Notes: generated from the letters alone by a model not told the origin. 43,882 nt of DNA from Patescibacteria group bacterium (GCA_041659765.1 JBAZXR010000001.1:853338-897219), one strand, 5' to 3'. Counted from the first letter of the stretch, positions 33,801 through 43,357 are shown. Numbers and translations: made by a program.

Positions 33801-34265
33801 TTATTGATCACCCGGGTACCCGTAGAGGACGGGGGCATTGCTGTCCGGGATAGTGCTGTAGAGCGTGAAAAGTTGATTCACGACTGTGAGCACGCGGCTT
33901 GTGCCATGCCACCGATGGATTTCGCAGGCTTCCTTGAGCGCGTCGAGCCGCTCGAGAATGGGGTATTCGCGGGAGAATATGTCCATCCCGCCCAGTCGCC
34001 AGTGCATGAAGCGGGCGAGGGTTTTGATCTCATGTCCGGGCGTGAACGGTTCAAAGCCTCGTTCTTCGAGCTGACCCAAGATCATGTCCATCTCGTACCG
34101 GTCGTATGCATCAACGGCCACCAGGTCATCGGCGTTCGTGAGGATTTCAAAGACGGTGTATCGGTCACCACTCCGAATGCGGGGGAGTTCCAGGCACAAG
34201 GGAAGGAACATGCGCAAAAAAGCCGTAGGATTGCGAGCGATCTGTCGGATCGTGGGCGCGTCCAT
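33801..34265 (-). CDS. hypothetical protein (154 aa), GC-rich orphan
   Basis: ORF convergent with 32679-33689 and with its own terminator. No motif recognised. Confidence 0.5.
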   Translation of the reverse strand: MDAPTIRQIARNPTAFLRMFLPLCLELPRIRSGDRYTVFEILTNADDLVAVDAYDRYEMDMILGQLEERGFEPFTPGHEIKTLARFMHWRLGGMDIFSREYPILERLDALKEACEIHRWHGTSRVLTVVNQLFTLYSTIPDSNAPVLYGYPGDQ

Positions 34266-34303
34266 GGAGCCTCCCGGAAAGGGGACAGAAAAAGCTTACC
34301 TGC

Positions 34304-35479
34304 TTACGCGCGGAAAATCAAAATCTTCCGGCCGACCAGTTGGTTCTGGTGGCGGTACATGAGGGGATCAAAGGGTGTCGGCACATGTTTGTAGCCGAGT
34401 TCTTCCATGATCCGTACGGCGTCGAGTTCGAGAATCTCGTCGTCGACAACATGGAACGGAGCGGTGAGCACAACGATGCCGTCAGGTTTTAATGTTGTTT
34501 TCAAAATCGAGAAGCTCTCGCGGTAGAGGGTTTCGACGTAGTCAATCGTCGTCTGTACATCTTCGACAGATTCAACTCCCTTGCGCGGGCGACCGAGGTA
34601 GGTTTCCGTAATAATTGCGTCTACAGAATTCGGTGCCATCTTCGACGCGATGTCGGACGCCTTTGAGACGTACACTTCGGCCACTGGCATGGATGGATTC
34701 TCTGAACGAATCCAGTTCAAGTTAGCAATCGAGTCTTCAGCGGCCATCGCGGCGATGTCTCCACCAATTAACCGTTCAGCGCCGAGTAAGCCAGCTTCCA
34801 TGAGCACAGTTCCAGAGCCACAGAATGGATCCATCACTGTCTTTCCGTTCATGTTTGAACCGGCCAAATTTACCATCATGCGAGCGAGCTTCGGGGGGAG
34901 CATGCCTTGCTTAGCATTACGACGTGGGCGTTCCATGTCGCGGTGTGACCAAACGTCTACATCCTGAACAGCCAAAGTCTTGCCAATCAAAATGTCATTC
35001 TTGCGAACAATGAAAACAAACTCCGCGCCCTTTTTGAGCAAGTCATTGTTCTTGATGACCACGCTCGACAATGTTGGTTCACGGGAAATAACGTAACGCG
35101 CAGAGCGACCAGCGTCCTTTAAGTACGTCTTAATATCAAAACCCAAGTTCTTCAGCTTTGCACGGGTATCTCCCAGCTTCTGGCCATCTTCGCCGTAAAC
35201 GCTGACACCCACGTGCACCTTTCCCTCGGGGAACTGCTCGATGAGGTCTGCACCGACAAACGCTGCCAGTTCTTTCGTGTCCACGTTCGTGATTGAACCG
35301 ACAATGCTGCCTAGCTTCTGAACCCCGCCGAGGCGGTTCTGTAAATCCCCAAAAGCCCACTGAACATCGTCAAAAACTCCAAATTCACCCTCATGCCAGG
35401 ACGGCTGAGAACCAGTTGCGGCATGGATTTCTGCCAATGAAATGTTGGGATGGGCTCCCAGAAGGGCGAAGGATTGCAT
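34304..35479 (-). CDS. class I SAM-dependent methyltransferase, UPF0020/Trm11-like (probable RNA methyltransferase)
   Basis: SAM motif I VMDPFCGSGTVLMEAGLLG. The motif IV position reads ITETYLG instead of the usual (D/N)PPY. Confidence 0.7.
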   Translation of the reverse strand: MQSFALLGAHPNISLAEIHAATGSQPSWHEGEFGVFDDVQWAFGDLQNRLGGVQKLGSIVGSITNVDTKELAAFVGADLIEQFPEGKVHVGVSVYGEDGQKLGDTRAKLKNLGFDIKTYLKDAGRSARYVISREPTLSSVVIKNNDLLKKGAEFVFIVRKNDILIGKTLAVQDVDVWSHRDMERPRRNAKQGMLPPKLARMMVNLAGSNMNGKTVMDPFCGSGTVLMEAGLLGAERLIGGDIAAMAAEDSIANLNWIRSENPSMPVAEVYVSKASDIASKMAPNSVDAIITETYLGRPRKGVESVEDVQTTIDYVETLYRESFSILKTTLKPDGIVVLTAPFHVVDDEILELDAVRIMEELGYKHVPTPFDPLMYRHQNQLVGRKILIFRA

Positions 35480-35506
35480 AGATTCGGCTATGCTAGCAGT
35501 TCTTTC

Positions 35507-35536
35507 TTGACTTTACAACCCCTTTTCGGCTAATCT
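35507..35536 (+). promoter_or_regulatory. candidate promoter of the rpsF operon
   Basis: TTGACT, 18 nt, TAATCT. The ~65-nt leader contains the hairpin GGTTCCC-ATTC-GGGGACC. Confidence 0.45.
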
Positions 35537-35606
35537 TCGACCACTAAATATTGTCCAAAGGTTCCCATTCGGGGACCTGTCGAGCAGAACTCGACCAAAG
35601 ACCCTT

Positions 35607-36089
35607 ATGATCTACGAGATCATGACAGTTATTCCGGGACGTTTTGCGGATACGGAGATTGAGAAGGTGACCGGTGATATTCAGAAGGAAATTGAGAAGG
35701 GGGAGGGAAAGATTGAGAAAGTGTTGAATTTGGGCAAGCAGAAGCTGGCTTATACTATTGAAGGTGAGCGTTACGGTACGTATGTCATTTTCTACACGGT
35801 TGCTGAGAAGGCTGCTATGGCGAAGATTGACATGAACCTCCGCCTTTCTGAGGAGGTGCTCCGCCACATCACGATTGCTCGCCCAGAAGGTATCCCAACT
35901 GGCGCGTACAAACTGGTTTCTTACGTCGCCCCTCTCACTACAGAAGGTCGCCGCTCGAGCGAACGTGAAGATCGTCCAGCCCGTGAGCATCATGAAGCTG
36001 CTGTAGCTCCGGTGAAGAAGATGTCCACGGAAGAACTTTCAAGCAAGCTGGATCAAATCCTCGATTCGGATATCATGAAGAATGTCTAA
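35607..36089 (+). CDS. rpsF: 30S ribosomal protein S6 (with a C-terminal extension)
   Basis: MIYEIMTVIPGRF...LGKQKLAYTIEGERYGTYVIFY. Confidence 0.92.
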   Translation: MIYEIMTVIPGRFADTEIEKVTGDIQKEIEKGEGKIEKVLNLGKQKLAYTIEGERYGTYVIFYTVAEKAAMAKIDMNLRLSEEVLRHITIARPEGIPTGAYKLVSYVAPLTTEGRRSSEREDRPAREHHEAAVAPVKKMSTEELSSKLDQILDSDIMKNV

Positions 36090-36101
36090 AGGATAAAACC
36101 T

Positions 36102-36575
36102 ATGGCTTCCTCACTCAATAAAGCAATGCTCATCGGAAACCTCACGCGGGATCCCGAGATGCGGAAGACTACCGGTGGTCAGTCTGTGACAAGTTTTTCC
36201 ATGGCTACGAACCGTTCTTACACGGACAAGGCTGGGAATAAGAAAGAAGAGGCAGACTTTCACAACGTGGTTGCCTGGGGACGCCTGGCAGAAATCTGCG
36301 CGCAGTACCTCACCAAAGGCAAGAAAGTGTACGTTGACGGTCGCATCCAGACTCGCGATTGGGAAGGTCAAGACGGTGTAAAGAAGTACCGAACCGAGAT
36401 CGTGATTGAAAACATGATCATGCTCGGCGGTCCTGCCGGTGCGCGTGGTCCGTCAACGTCGACCCCATCACCGGAATACGTTGCTTCCCCAAACTTTGAA
36501 GAGACGCCCATCGCCGCGTCTGAGCCCTCGCAAACACCCGACGACGAAATCAAGCTTGAAGATATTCCATTCTAA
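36102..36575 (+). CDS. ssb: single-stranded DNA-binding protein
   Basis: LNKAMLIGNLTRDPEMR...FHNVVAWGRLAE, with an acidic tip ending DIPF. Confidence 0.93.
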   Translation: MASSLNKAMLIGNLTRDPEMRKTTGGQSVTSFSMATNRSYTDKAGNKKEEADFHNVVAWGRLAEICAQYLTKGKKVYVDGRIQTRDWEGQDGVKKYRTEIVIENMIMLGGPAGARGPSTSTPSPEYVASPNFEETPIAASEPSQTPDDEIKLEDIPF

Positions 36576-36577
36576 AT

Positions 36578-36808
36578 ATGAATCCCCCAAACACTAAACA
36601 AACAACGGAACGGTACTGTAACTTCTGCGTGAACAAGGACATCGTGATCGACTACAAGAACACGGACATGTTGAAGCGCCTGGTTTCCTCTTTTGGAAAG
36701 ATCGTGCCTCGCAAGCGCTCTGGCGTTTGTGCCAAGCACCAGCGCGAAGTAGCGACTGAGATTAAGCGCGCACGCATCATCGGTCTTCTCCCATTCGTAA
36801 ATGCTTAA
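36578..36808 (+). CDS. rpsR: 30S ribosomal protein S18
   Basis: 76 aa, CNFCVNKDIVIDYKNTDMLKRLVSSFGKIVPRKRSGVCAKHQREVATEIKRAR. Confidence 0.93.
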   Translation: MNPPNTKQTTERYCNFCVNKDIVIDYKNTDMLKRLVSSFGKIVPRKRSGVCAKHQREVATEIKRARIIGLLPFVNA

Positions 36809-36810
36809 GC

Positions 36811-37734
36811 ATGCTCGGTAAGGACGACTTGAAACTTCGTGCGGAATTATGGAATGGCGTGATCTCCCAAGTTCACGCCTTTTTCCAATCCAAAAATTAT
36901 TTGGAAGTCCGCACCCCAGTTCTCGTGAAATGCCCTGGCATGGAACCGAACCTGGATCCTGTCGGTGTCGACGTGCGACTGATCGACGGAACCAAGCATC
37001 GAAGAGGATTGATAACCAGCCCCGAATATTCAATGAAGAAACTCCTTGGCGCAGGACTCGATAAGATTTACACGCTGACACCGGTTTTTCGTAACGTGGA
37101 AAAGATGGGGGAGAGATGGAGTGTCGAATTTACGATGCTCGAGTGGTATCGAACGAACGCGGATTATCACGAGTGCATGAAGGAGACGGAAGAATTGGTT
37201 GATATGATTTTAGGCTCAGAAAAGGCGGGGTTATCAACCCCGCGGTGGCCCCGCATCAGTTACGTCGACGAATATCAAAAGTATTTTGGCGTACATCCGG
37301 CCGATGAGACGCTTGACGCTTCAAAAGTGGCTGATCGATTTCAGTTTGAGGTTATGCCGAAGCTTGAAGCGCAGTATCCTCGATTTTTCCTGACCGAGTA
37401 TCCGGTGGCCGAGGCCGCCCTCGCCCAAAAGAATGCGGATGGACGCTCGGCTCAGCGATTTGAGGGATATGTGAATGGGCTGGAGATCTGTAACGGGTTC
37501 ACGGAGCTGGTAGACTCGACCGAACAACGGAAGAGATTCGAGCTAGAGGCCGAGGAGCGCAGATTGGCGGGTAAAGAAGTCTTCCCAATTGACGAGGAAC
37601 TGCTCGCCGGGCTATCCTCCGTGCCGTCGCCGACCTTCGGCAATGCTTTGGGCATAGATAGACTGATTATGCTTAAAGCAGGTGCGAAAGATATCGATTC
37701 TATTCATTTGTTCCCTCCTTCCACGAGGTTTTAA
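36811..37734 (+). CDS. epmA: EF-P lysine aminoacylase (EpmA/GenX/PoxA, LysRS-core paralogue)
   Basis: 307 aa with class II aaRS motifs (YLEVRTPVL, FRNVE, EFTMLEWY, GNALGIDRLIML), immediately upstream of efp. Confidence 0.85.
   Translation: MLGKDDLKLRAELWNGVISQVHAFFQSKNYLEVRTPVLVKCPGMEPNLDPVGVDVRLIDGTKHRRGLITSPEYSMKKLLGAGLDKIYTLTPVFRNVEKMGERWSVEFTMLEWYRTNADYHECMKETEELVDMILGSEKAGLSTPRWPRISYVDEYQKYFGVHPADETLDASKVADRFQFEVMPKLEAQYPRFFLTEYPVAEAALAQKNADGRSAQRFEGYVNGLEICNGFTELVDSTEQRKRFELEAEERRLAGKEVFPIDEELLAGLSSVPSPTFGNALGIDRLIMLKAGAKDIDSIHLFPPSTRF
37222..37243. repeat. hairpin repeat inside epmA (copy 2 of 3, core only)
   Basis: AAGGCGGGGTTATCAACCCCGC has the same 8-bp stem and ATC loop. Here it is read one frame off, as KAGLSTP. 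Confidence 0.85.
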
Positions 37735-37735
37735 T

Positions 37736-38302
37736 ATGGCATCACCAAACGACATTAAGAAAGGCACGGTTATTAAGATGGACAACGGCTTGGCTGTGGT
37801 TGTTTCTTTCCAGCGCGTCTCCCCGGGTAAGGGTAGCTCTTTCGTCCGCACCCGCATCAAGTATTTGTCTTCTGGCAAGGTGGTTGAAAACAACTTCAAG
37901 AGCGCCGAGTCATTGACCTTTGAAGAGGTTGGTCACAAGAAGATGCAGTTTATCTTTGGCGATGCTGACACGCTCACCTTCATGGACGGAAACACGTTTG
38001 AGCAGGTAACCATGGGCCGAGATCTGGTTGGCGAGGATGCTAAGTACTTGAAGGAAGGTCTGGATGTGACAGTCATCATGCATAATGACGCCGCCATTTC
38101 CATGGAGTTGCCGCTCAAGATTGAATATGTAATTGCTGAAACTGAACCGGCAACTAAAGGCGATACCGCTTCTGGCAACGTGCTCAAGGATGCAAAGACT
38201 GATAACGGTTTAATGATTCGCGTACCAATTTTCGTTAAAGAAGGCGAGCACGTGATGGTGAACACGGATACGGGGGATTACGTGGAGCGCGTATCAAAGT
38301 AA
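37736..38302 (+). CDS. efp: elongation factor P
   Basis: MASPNDIKKGTVIKMDNGLAVVVSFQRVSPGKGSSFVRTRIK (PGKG loop lysine present). The ATG lies 1 nt after the epmA stop. Confidence 0.93.
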   Translation: MASPNDIKKGTVIKMDNGLAVVVSFQRVSPGKGSSFVRTRIKYLSSGKVVENNFKSAESLTFEEVGHKKMQFIFGDADTLTFMDGNTFEQVTMGRDLVGEDAKYLKEGLDVTVIMHNDAAISMELPLKIEYVIAETEPATKGDTASGNVLKDAKTDNGLMIRVPIFVKEGEHVMVNTDTGDYVERVSK

Positions 38303-38311
38303 AGGAAATAC

Positions 38312-38336
38312 AAGCCGGCTGAATAGGCCGGTTTTG
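38312..38336 (+). terminator. intrinsic terminator after efp
   Basis: AAGCCGGC-TGAATAG-GCCGGTTT followed by TG. Confidence 0.55.
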
Positions 38337-38360
38337 TATATCTGTTACAATGGTGAGGTT

Positions 38361-40658
38361 ATGGCGAAGCGTAAAAAGCAGGAACCGGAAGATTTTGGTT
38401 TATCTGAGGAAGTTCGGCGCAGCATTGTTGCTGTAGTCCTGATTGCCATTGGGGCAGTGGGGCTGCTTTCTGTTTTTGGCCTTGCGGGCGCTGTCGGTCA
38501 TAAGGTGGACGACGTTCTGGCGATGGGACTTGGCCTGGCACGGGTGATTGTGCCTGGTCTTCTGATTCTCGTTGGTATCGGCATGGTCGCCGAGCGATTA
38601 AACGTCCTTCGACCCCGGGTGCTTTTGGCTCTGATCGTTTTTATTATTAGCTTTAGCGGGTTGGTAAACCTTTTCTTTGCTTCCGGAATCGACGATCCAG
38701 CCGTGCTAAAGAATGCCGGGGGAGCGCTCGGTCTGCTTTTTTCGAGCATCCTTGTCCGATACATGGGATTTGGCGCGGCGCTTATTGTGGCGCTTGCATG
38801 TTTGGTCGTTGCAGGTCTTCTGATCATGAATAAGCCAATTCAGACGCTAATGGCGATGTTCAAGAAGGAAGAGAGCGAGGATGAGCCGAAATTTGTCGGC
38901 GACGGTATTCCGGACGTCGATGACGAAGGCGGGGTTATCAACCCCGCACCGGATGATGACGCCGATGATGACACCGAATCCGAAGAACCCGAGGTGAATG
39001 AAAAAGCCGTTGCATATTTTGCGGCAAACAAAGCCGGGGGAGGCGCTGGAGAGACGGTTATGACGTCCGCTGCTCGCAGAAAGATTGAAATCCCGCTCGA
39101 TCTGCTTGATAACAAGCGTTCAGAAGCGAAACCGGGGGATATCGACAGAAACCAGGAGATCATTGCAAGAACCATGGAGCAGTTTGGTATTCCGGTTGAG
39201 ATGAGCGACGTTCGCGTTGGTCCAACTGTGACGCAATATGCGTTCCGTCCTGCCCAGGGCGTGAAACTCGCTCGCGTGGTTGCCCTGCAGAACGACCTCG
39301 CGCTCGCTCTCGCGGCTCACCCTATTCGTATCGAGGCGCCAATTCCAGGAAAGGCGCTTGTTGGTGTTGAAGTTCCTAATCAGACCGTTGCGCGCGTGGG
39401 TCTTCGCGAGCTGCTCGAGAGTAAGGAGTTCCGCACGCACAAGAGTTCGTTCGCCGTGCCACTCGGCAAGGATATTTCGGGTGCGACGCAGATGCTGGCT
39501 GTCGACAAAGCTCCGCACATGCTCGTTGCAGGTGCGACTGGTTCTGGTAAGTCTGTCTGTTTGAATGACATCATCATTTCGCTTTTGTACCAAAACGGCC
39601 CAGATGATCTGAAGTTCATCATGGTCGACCCAAAGAGAGTCGAACTTGGCGTGTATGCGGGTATTCCGCACCTCCTCGTGCCGCCGATCGTGAAGGCTGA
39701 AGAGGCCGTCAACGCTTTGAAGTGGGCTATTCGAGAGATGGAACGCCGTCTCGACTACTTGGCGAAGTTCGGCGCGCGCGACATTGATTCCTACAACGCA
39801 AAGGCGGCCGAAAGAATGCCTCGTATCGTTATTATTATCGACGAGTTGGCCGATTTGATGATCCAGAACAAACGCGATGTTGAAGCCGTCATTGTTCGCT
39901 TGGCTCAGATGGCGCGTGCAGCCGGCATTCACCTCGTCCTTGCTACCCAGCGACCGTCCGTAGACGTCATTACTGGTACGATTAAGGCGAACATCCCAAC
40001 CCGTTTAGCTTTCGCCGTGGCGTCACAGGTCGACAGTAAGACTATCCTCGACACTGCTGGTGCCGACAAACTACTCGGACGCGGAGACATGTTGATTTCG
40101 ACACCTGATTTGAGCAAACCCCGCCGTGCGCAGGGTGCGTACGTTTCTGATGATGAGATTGCCCGCGTGGTAGACTTCTTGAAGAAGGAGAGCGAACCAG
40201 ATTACGATTATAAAATTACGGAAGGTGGTAAGGGAACTGGAGACTCCGGGGGAGTATCCCTAGGTTCTGATGATGCCGATGAATTGCTCGAGGACGCGAT
40301 CAATATCGCTATCGAAGCCGGCCGCGTTTCGACGTCATACCTTCAGCGCCGCATGAAAATTGGCTACTCCCGCGCCGCGAGAATTGTTGATCTCATGGAA
40401 GAAATCGGTGTGGTCTCCGCTGGCGAAGGCGCAAAGCCTCGTACCGTGTTGGTCACCGAATGGCCACCAGCAGGCGTGGGCGTGAACACCGACCTGACGG
40501 GCGCACCAATGCCTCGCGCAGCTGATGAAGAAGAGGACGAGGAAGACGAAGAAATCGAAGACGAGGAATCCGACGATGAAGTCGCGGACGTAGTGGTCGT
40601 TGACGCCATCGAGGGAGACGAAGATGAGGAGGAAGACGAAGAAGAATCTACGAAATAA
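38361..40658 (+). CDS. ftsK: DNA translocase FtsK/SpoIIIE with a long acidic C-terminal tail
   Basis: N-terminal TM helices, Walker A VAGATGSGKS, IIIDELADL, a gamma-like winged helix YLQRRMKIGYSRAARIVDLMEEIGVVS, then about 45 residues that are mostly D/E. The ORF opens at 38334. Confidence 0.92.
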   Translation: MAKRKKQEPEDFGLSEEVRRSIVAVVLIAIGAVGLLSVFGLAGAVGHKVDDVLAMGLGLARVIVPGLLILVGIGMVAERLNVLRPRVLLALIVFIISFSGLVNLFFASGIDDPAVLKNAGGALGLLFSSILVRYMGFGAALIVALACLVVAGLLIMNKPIQTLMAMFKKEESEDEPKFVGDGIPDVDDEGGVINPAPDDDADDDTESEEPEVNEKAVAYFAANKAGGGAGETVMTSAARRKIEIPLDLLDNKRSEAKPGDIDRNQEIIARTMEQFGIPVEMSDVRVGPTVTQYAFRPAQGVKLARVVALQNDLALALAAHPIRIEAPIPGKALVGVEVPNQTVARVGLRELLESKEFRTHKSSFAVPLGKDISGATQMLAVDKAPHMLVAGATGSGKSVCLNDIIISLLYQNGPDDLKFIMVDPKRVELGVYAGIPHLLVPPIVKAEEAVNALKWAIREMERRLDYLAKFGARDIDSYNAKAAERMPRIVIIIDELADLMIQNKRDVEAVIVRLAQMARAAGIHLVLATQRPSVDVITGTIKANIPTRLAFAVASQVDSKTILDTAGADKLLGRGDMLISTPDLSKPRRAQGAYVSDDEIARVVDFLKKESEPDYDYKITEGGKGTGDSGGVSLGSDDADELLEDAINIAIEAGRVSTSYLQRRMKIGYSRAARIVDLMEEIGVVSAGEGAKPRTVLVTEWPPAGVGVNTDLTGAPMPRAADEEEDEEDEEIEDEESDDEVADVVVVDAIEGDEDEEEDEEESTK
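38925..38956. repeat. 32-nt hairpin repeat inside ftsK (copy 3 of 3)
   Basis: Identical to 13211-13242 and read in the same frame as EGGVINPAPDD. Confidence 0.9.
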
Positions 40659-40663
40659 AAAGA

Positions 40664-40700
40664 GGCGGCCTGGAATTTCTTCCGGTCGCCTTTTGCGTTT
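40664..40700 (+). terminator. intrinsic terminator after ftsK
   Basis: GGCGGCC-13 nt-GGTCGCC followed by TTTTGCGTTT. Confidence 0.6.
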
Positions 40701-40712
40701 GTCACTACGGCT

Positions 40713-41027
40713 CTATTTGCCTTCTTCGTACAGCTCCCAGGTTTCGGTATTGGCGCGAGGAGGGCCGATTTTGCGGACCGCTAGTCCGCTGATGGTCGAG
40801 ATAAGCCTGAGAATCTGGCCTCTCTCGAATTTGCCACCCGATCTACCTACTTGCTTACTTGGACGGGACTGCTCGTCCAAGAAGATGGTGTTGATGGTCG
40901 GGCGACCTTTCGCGTCGGGAAGCACGATCTTCATGTTGCCCGTCGACTGGTCGAAGACCAGGAGGGTACCGGCAACGATTTTCAGCGGAACATCCAGCGC
41001 TTTTCTGCGGACAATCTTTACGAACAT
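40713..41027 (-). CDS. small hypothetical protein (104 aa)
   Basis: ATG at 41027 with AAGGAG 6 nt upstream. The longer track ORF is rejected. Confidence 0.55.
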   Translation of the reverse strand: MFVKIVRRKALDVPLKIVAGTLLVFDQSTGNMKIVLPDAKGRPTINTIFLDEQSRPSKQVGRSGGKFERGQILRLISTISGLAVRKIGPPRANTETWELYEEGK

Positions 41028-41132
41028 GCGTGGCTCCTTTTGATCGGTTTTCGTAACTATTGAGATTAACAGAATCTGGGGGTTTTGTAAAGTTGGGTAA
41101 TCCGGTAGAATGGCCTTGATATGGTCTTCGTG

Positions 41133-41819
41133 ATGCGAAAACTGGAAACCCAGCCTAAGTTGTTGGGCGAAAAGTTGAGAACCCTGCGCCGCAGCCAAGC
41201 GGTGAGCTTAGAGATGATCGAATCACTAACCCGAGTGAGAAAGAGTTACCTCGAGGCCCTCGAGTGGGGTAAGTACGATTTGCTGCCGGATCCCATGTAT
41301 ACGAGGAATTATATTCGTTCCTACGCTCGCGCACTGAACGCCGACGAGACGTACTTCCTTGAGCTCTACGAAGAAGAGTCCGGACGCATGGATTTGCTTG
41401 CGCCGCACCGGTTGCCGCGGGAGCGTGTGAAGAAACATCGTTTTTTCGTGGCCACGCATTTGTTGTCTGGTGCGGTACTTGCCGTTTGCGCGCTCGCGGT
41501 TATTGGCTATCTCGGTTATCAAGCAAATCGACTTCTCTCGGCCCCCGAAATTGCGCTCTTGAATCCGTCGGACGACTCGGCGGTGACCTCTGCACTTCTG
41601 CCTGTCTCGGGAACGGTCGAGAACAAAGAAGTGCAGGTAAAAATCAACGGCCACGACGTGGTTGTGAAGGACGACAATACATTCTCTACAACGCTCGACC
41701 TTGTTCGCGGTTTGAATGTCATTACTGTAGAGGCGAAGCGACGCTATTCACATCCCGCCATCATTTATCGACGTGTAGTTTTTGATGGAACCACTAGTCC
41801 GGCAGTTTCTTTGAAGTAA
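41133..41819 (+). CDS. RodZ-like HTH membrane protein
   Basis: N-terminal HTH (LGEKLRTLRRSQAVSLEMIESLTRVRKSYLEALEWGKYDLLPDPMYTRNYIRSYARAL), one TM helix, and a C-terminal Ig-like beta domain. Confidence 0.7.
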   Translation: MRKLETQPKLLGEKLRTLRRSQAVSLEMIESLTRVRKSYLEALEWGKYDLLPDPMYTRNYIRSYARALNADETYFLELYEEESGRMDLLAPHRLPRERVKKHRFFVATHLLSGAVLAVCALAVIGYLGYQANRLLSAPEIALLNPSDDSAVTSALLPVSGTVENKEVQVKINGHDVVVKDDNTFSTTLDLVRGLNVITVEAKRRYSHPAIIYRRVVFDGTTSPAVSLK

Positions 41820-41900
41820 AAGTGGATAAGTTTCTATCGAGTGCCAGTGAGTTGAGGTAAACTCTGTTCGAGTTTTGTTCGGTTACTAATAATTTCTTCT

Positions 41901-42974
41901 ATGGCGAAAGTTAATCCACGCATCGCTGCTGCAGGCGAAGCAATTTCACAAATTAAACAACGATTTGGAGAGGGGAGCATTATGCGCTTTGGCGAGTCCA
42001 AGCCGACGAACGTGGACGCGATCCCTACGGGATGCTTGTCGATTGACTTAGCACTTGGGGCGATGGGAGTTCCTCGAGGACGCATTATCGAAATCTACGG
42101 ACCAGAGTCTTCTGGTAAGACCACGCTTGCCCAGCACATTGTGGCTGAGTGTCAGAAGCAGGGAGGTATTGCCGCCTTCGTGGACGCTGAGCACGCGCTT
42201 GACCCAGAGTACGCTCGCAGACTTGGAGTTAATGTCGACGAATTATATATTTCGCAGCCAGACACTGGAGAACAGGCGCTCGAAATCGTCGATACGCTCG
42301 TCCGTTCTAATGCAATCGACGTGATTGTCGTCGACTCCGTAGCTGCGCTGACACCGAAAGCCGAAATTGAGGGCGAAATGGGCGATAGCCACATGGGTTT
42401 GCAGGCCAGACTCATGTCACAGGCCCTCCGAAAGCTCACTGGCTCCATTTCAAAGTCCGGAACGGTGGTTATCTTCATCAACCAGATCCGCATGAAGATC
42501 GGCGTCATGTTTGGCAACCCGGAAACTACTCCTGGAGGCAACGCGCTTAAATTTTATGCCTCGGTACGCGTCGAAATCCGCAGAAACGCGCAGATTAAGC
42601 AGGGCGATAAAATTATTGGTAATCGTGTAAAGGTAAAGATCGTGAAGAACAAGGTTGCCCCGCCATTCCGCGTGGCCGAGTTCGATATTATGTATAATGA
42701 GGGCATCTCGCTGTCCGGCGATTTGCTCGACCTTGGTGTCGAAGTCGGAACCGTCGAGAAGCGCGGAGCTTCATACGCCGTGGGCGAAGAAAAACTCGGC
42801 GTTGGACGCGAGACCGCGAAGGCGTACTTGAAAGCCCATCCTGCACTCATGGAAAAGTTGCGCGCCGTTACCCGTGATGCCGCCATTGCGAAGGACGCTG
42901 GCACTGTCATGGGCGGAGCCGCGAAGGACGCCTTTGATGCTGCAGAAGCTGCAGGAGCGGTTGATGAGATTTAA
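41901..42974 (+). CDS. recA: recombinase RecA
   Basis: [31 protein letters not shown]. Full length, 357 aa. Confidence 0.97.
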   Translation: MAKVNPRIAAAGEAISQIKQRFGEGSIMRFGESKPTNVDAIPTGCLSIDLALGAMGVPRGRIIEIYGPESSGKTTLAQHIVAECQKQGGIAAFVDAEHALDPEYARRLGVNVDELYISQPDTGEQALEIVDTLVRSNAIDVIVVDSVAALTPKAEIEGEMGDSHMGLQARLMSQALRKLTGSISKSGTVVIFINQIRMKIGVMFGNPETTPGGNALKFYASVRVEIRRNAQIKQGDKIIGNRVKVKIVKNKVAPPFRVAEFDIMYNEGISLSGDLLDLGVEVGTVEKRGASYAVGEEKLGVGRETAKAYLKAHPALMEKLRAVTRDAAIAKDAGTVMGGAAKDAFDAAEAAGAVDEI

Positions 42975-42991
42975 CGAGTCTTGTTTCTTCT

Positions 42992-43357
42992 ATGGAATCA
43001 GAAAACGAAAAGTCTTTATCGATCGCAAGGGAATTTCTCGGCAAGACTGTTGAGGTGGTGATGGATCGACCGCTCGGTAGCAAACATCCGAAGCATGGCT
43101 TTGTGTATGAAGCCAATTACGGTTTTATTCCCGGCACCAAATCACCAGATGGCGAAGAGCTAGACGCCTATTATCTCGGCGCGTCAGAACCGGTAGAAGC
43201 AGTATTCGGTCGTTGTATCGCTATTATCCATCGTTTAAACGACGACGATGATAAATGCATTGTTGTTCCAGAAGGAATCGAGTTGTCCGATGAGCAGATT
43301 GAAAAACTGACGAATTTCCAAGAGCAATATTTTAAGCACGTTATTATTCGAAAATAG
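42992..43357 (+). CDS. short inorganic-pyrophosphatase-like protein
   Basis: 121 aa. NYGFIPGT and DGEELDAYYLG resemble the family I PPase core, but the N-terminal third of a canonical PPase is missing. Confidence 0.55.
   Translation: MESENEKSLSIAREFLGKTVEVVMDRPLGSKHPKHGFVYEANYGFIPGTKSPDGEELDAYYLGASEPVEAVFGRCIAIIHRLNDDDDKCIVVPEGIELSDEQIEKLTNFQEQYFKHVIIRK

Noticed and set aside
38346-38351. TACAAT hexamer 9 nt upstream of the ftsK ATG as a leaderless-type promoter.
   Set aside because: There is no -35-like hexamer at 16-18 nt. The GGTGAGG that follows is more simply an SD-like element, so this is not reported as a promoter.
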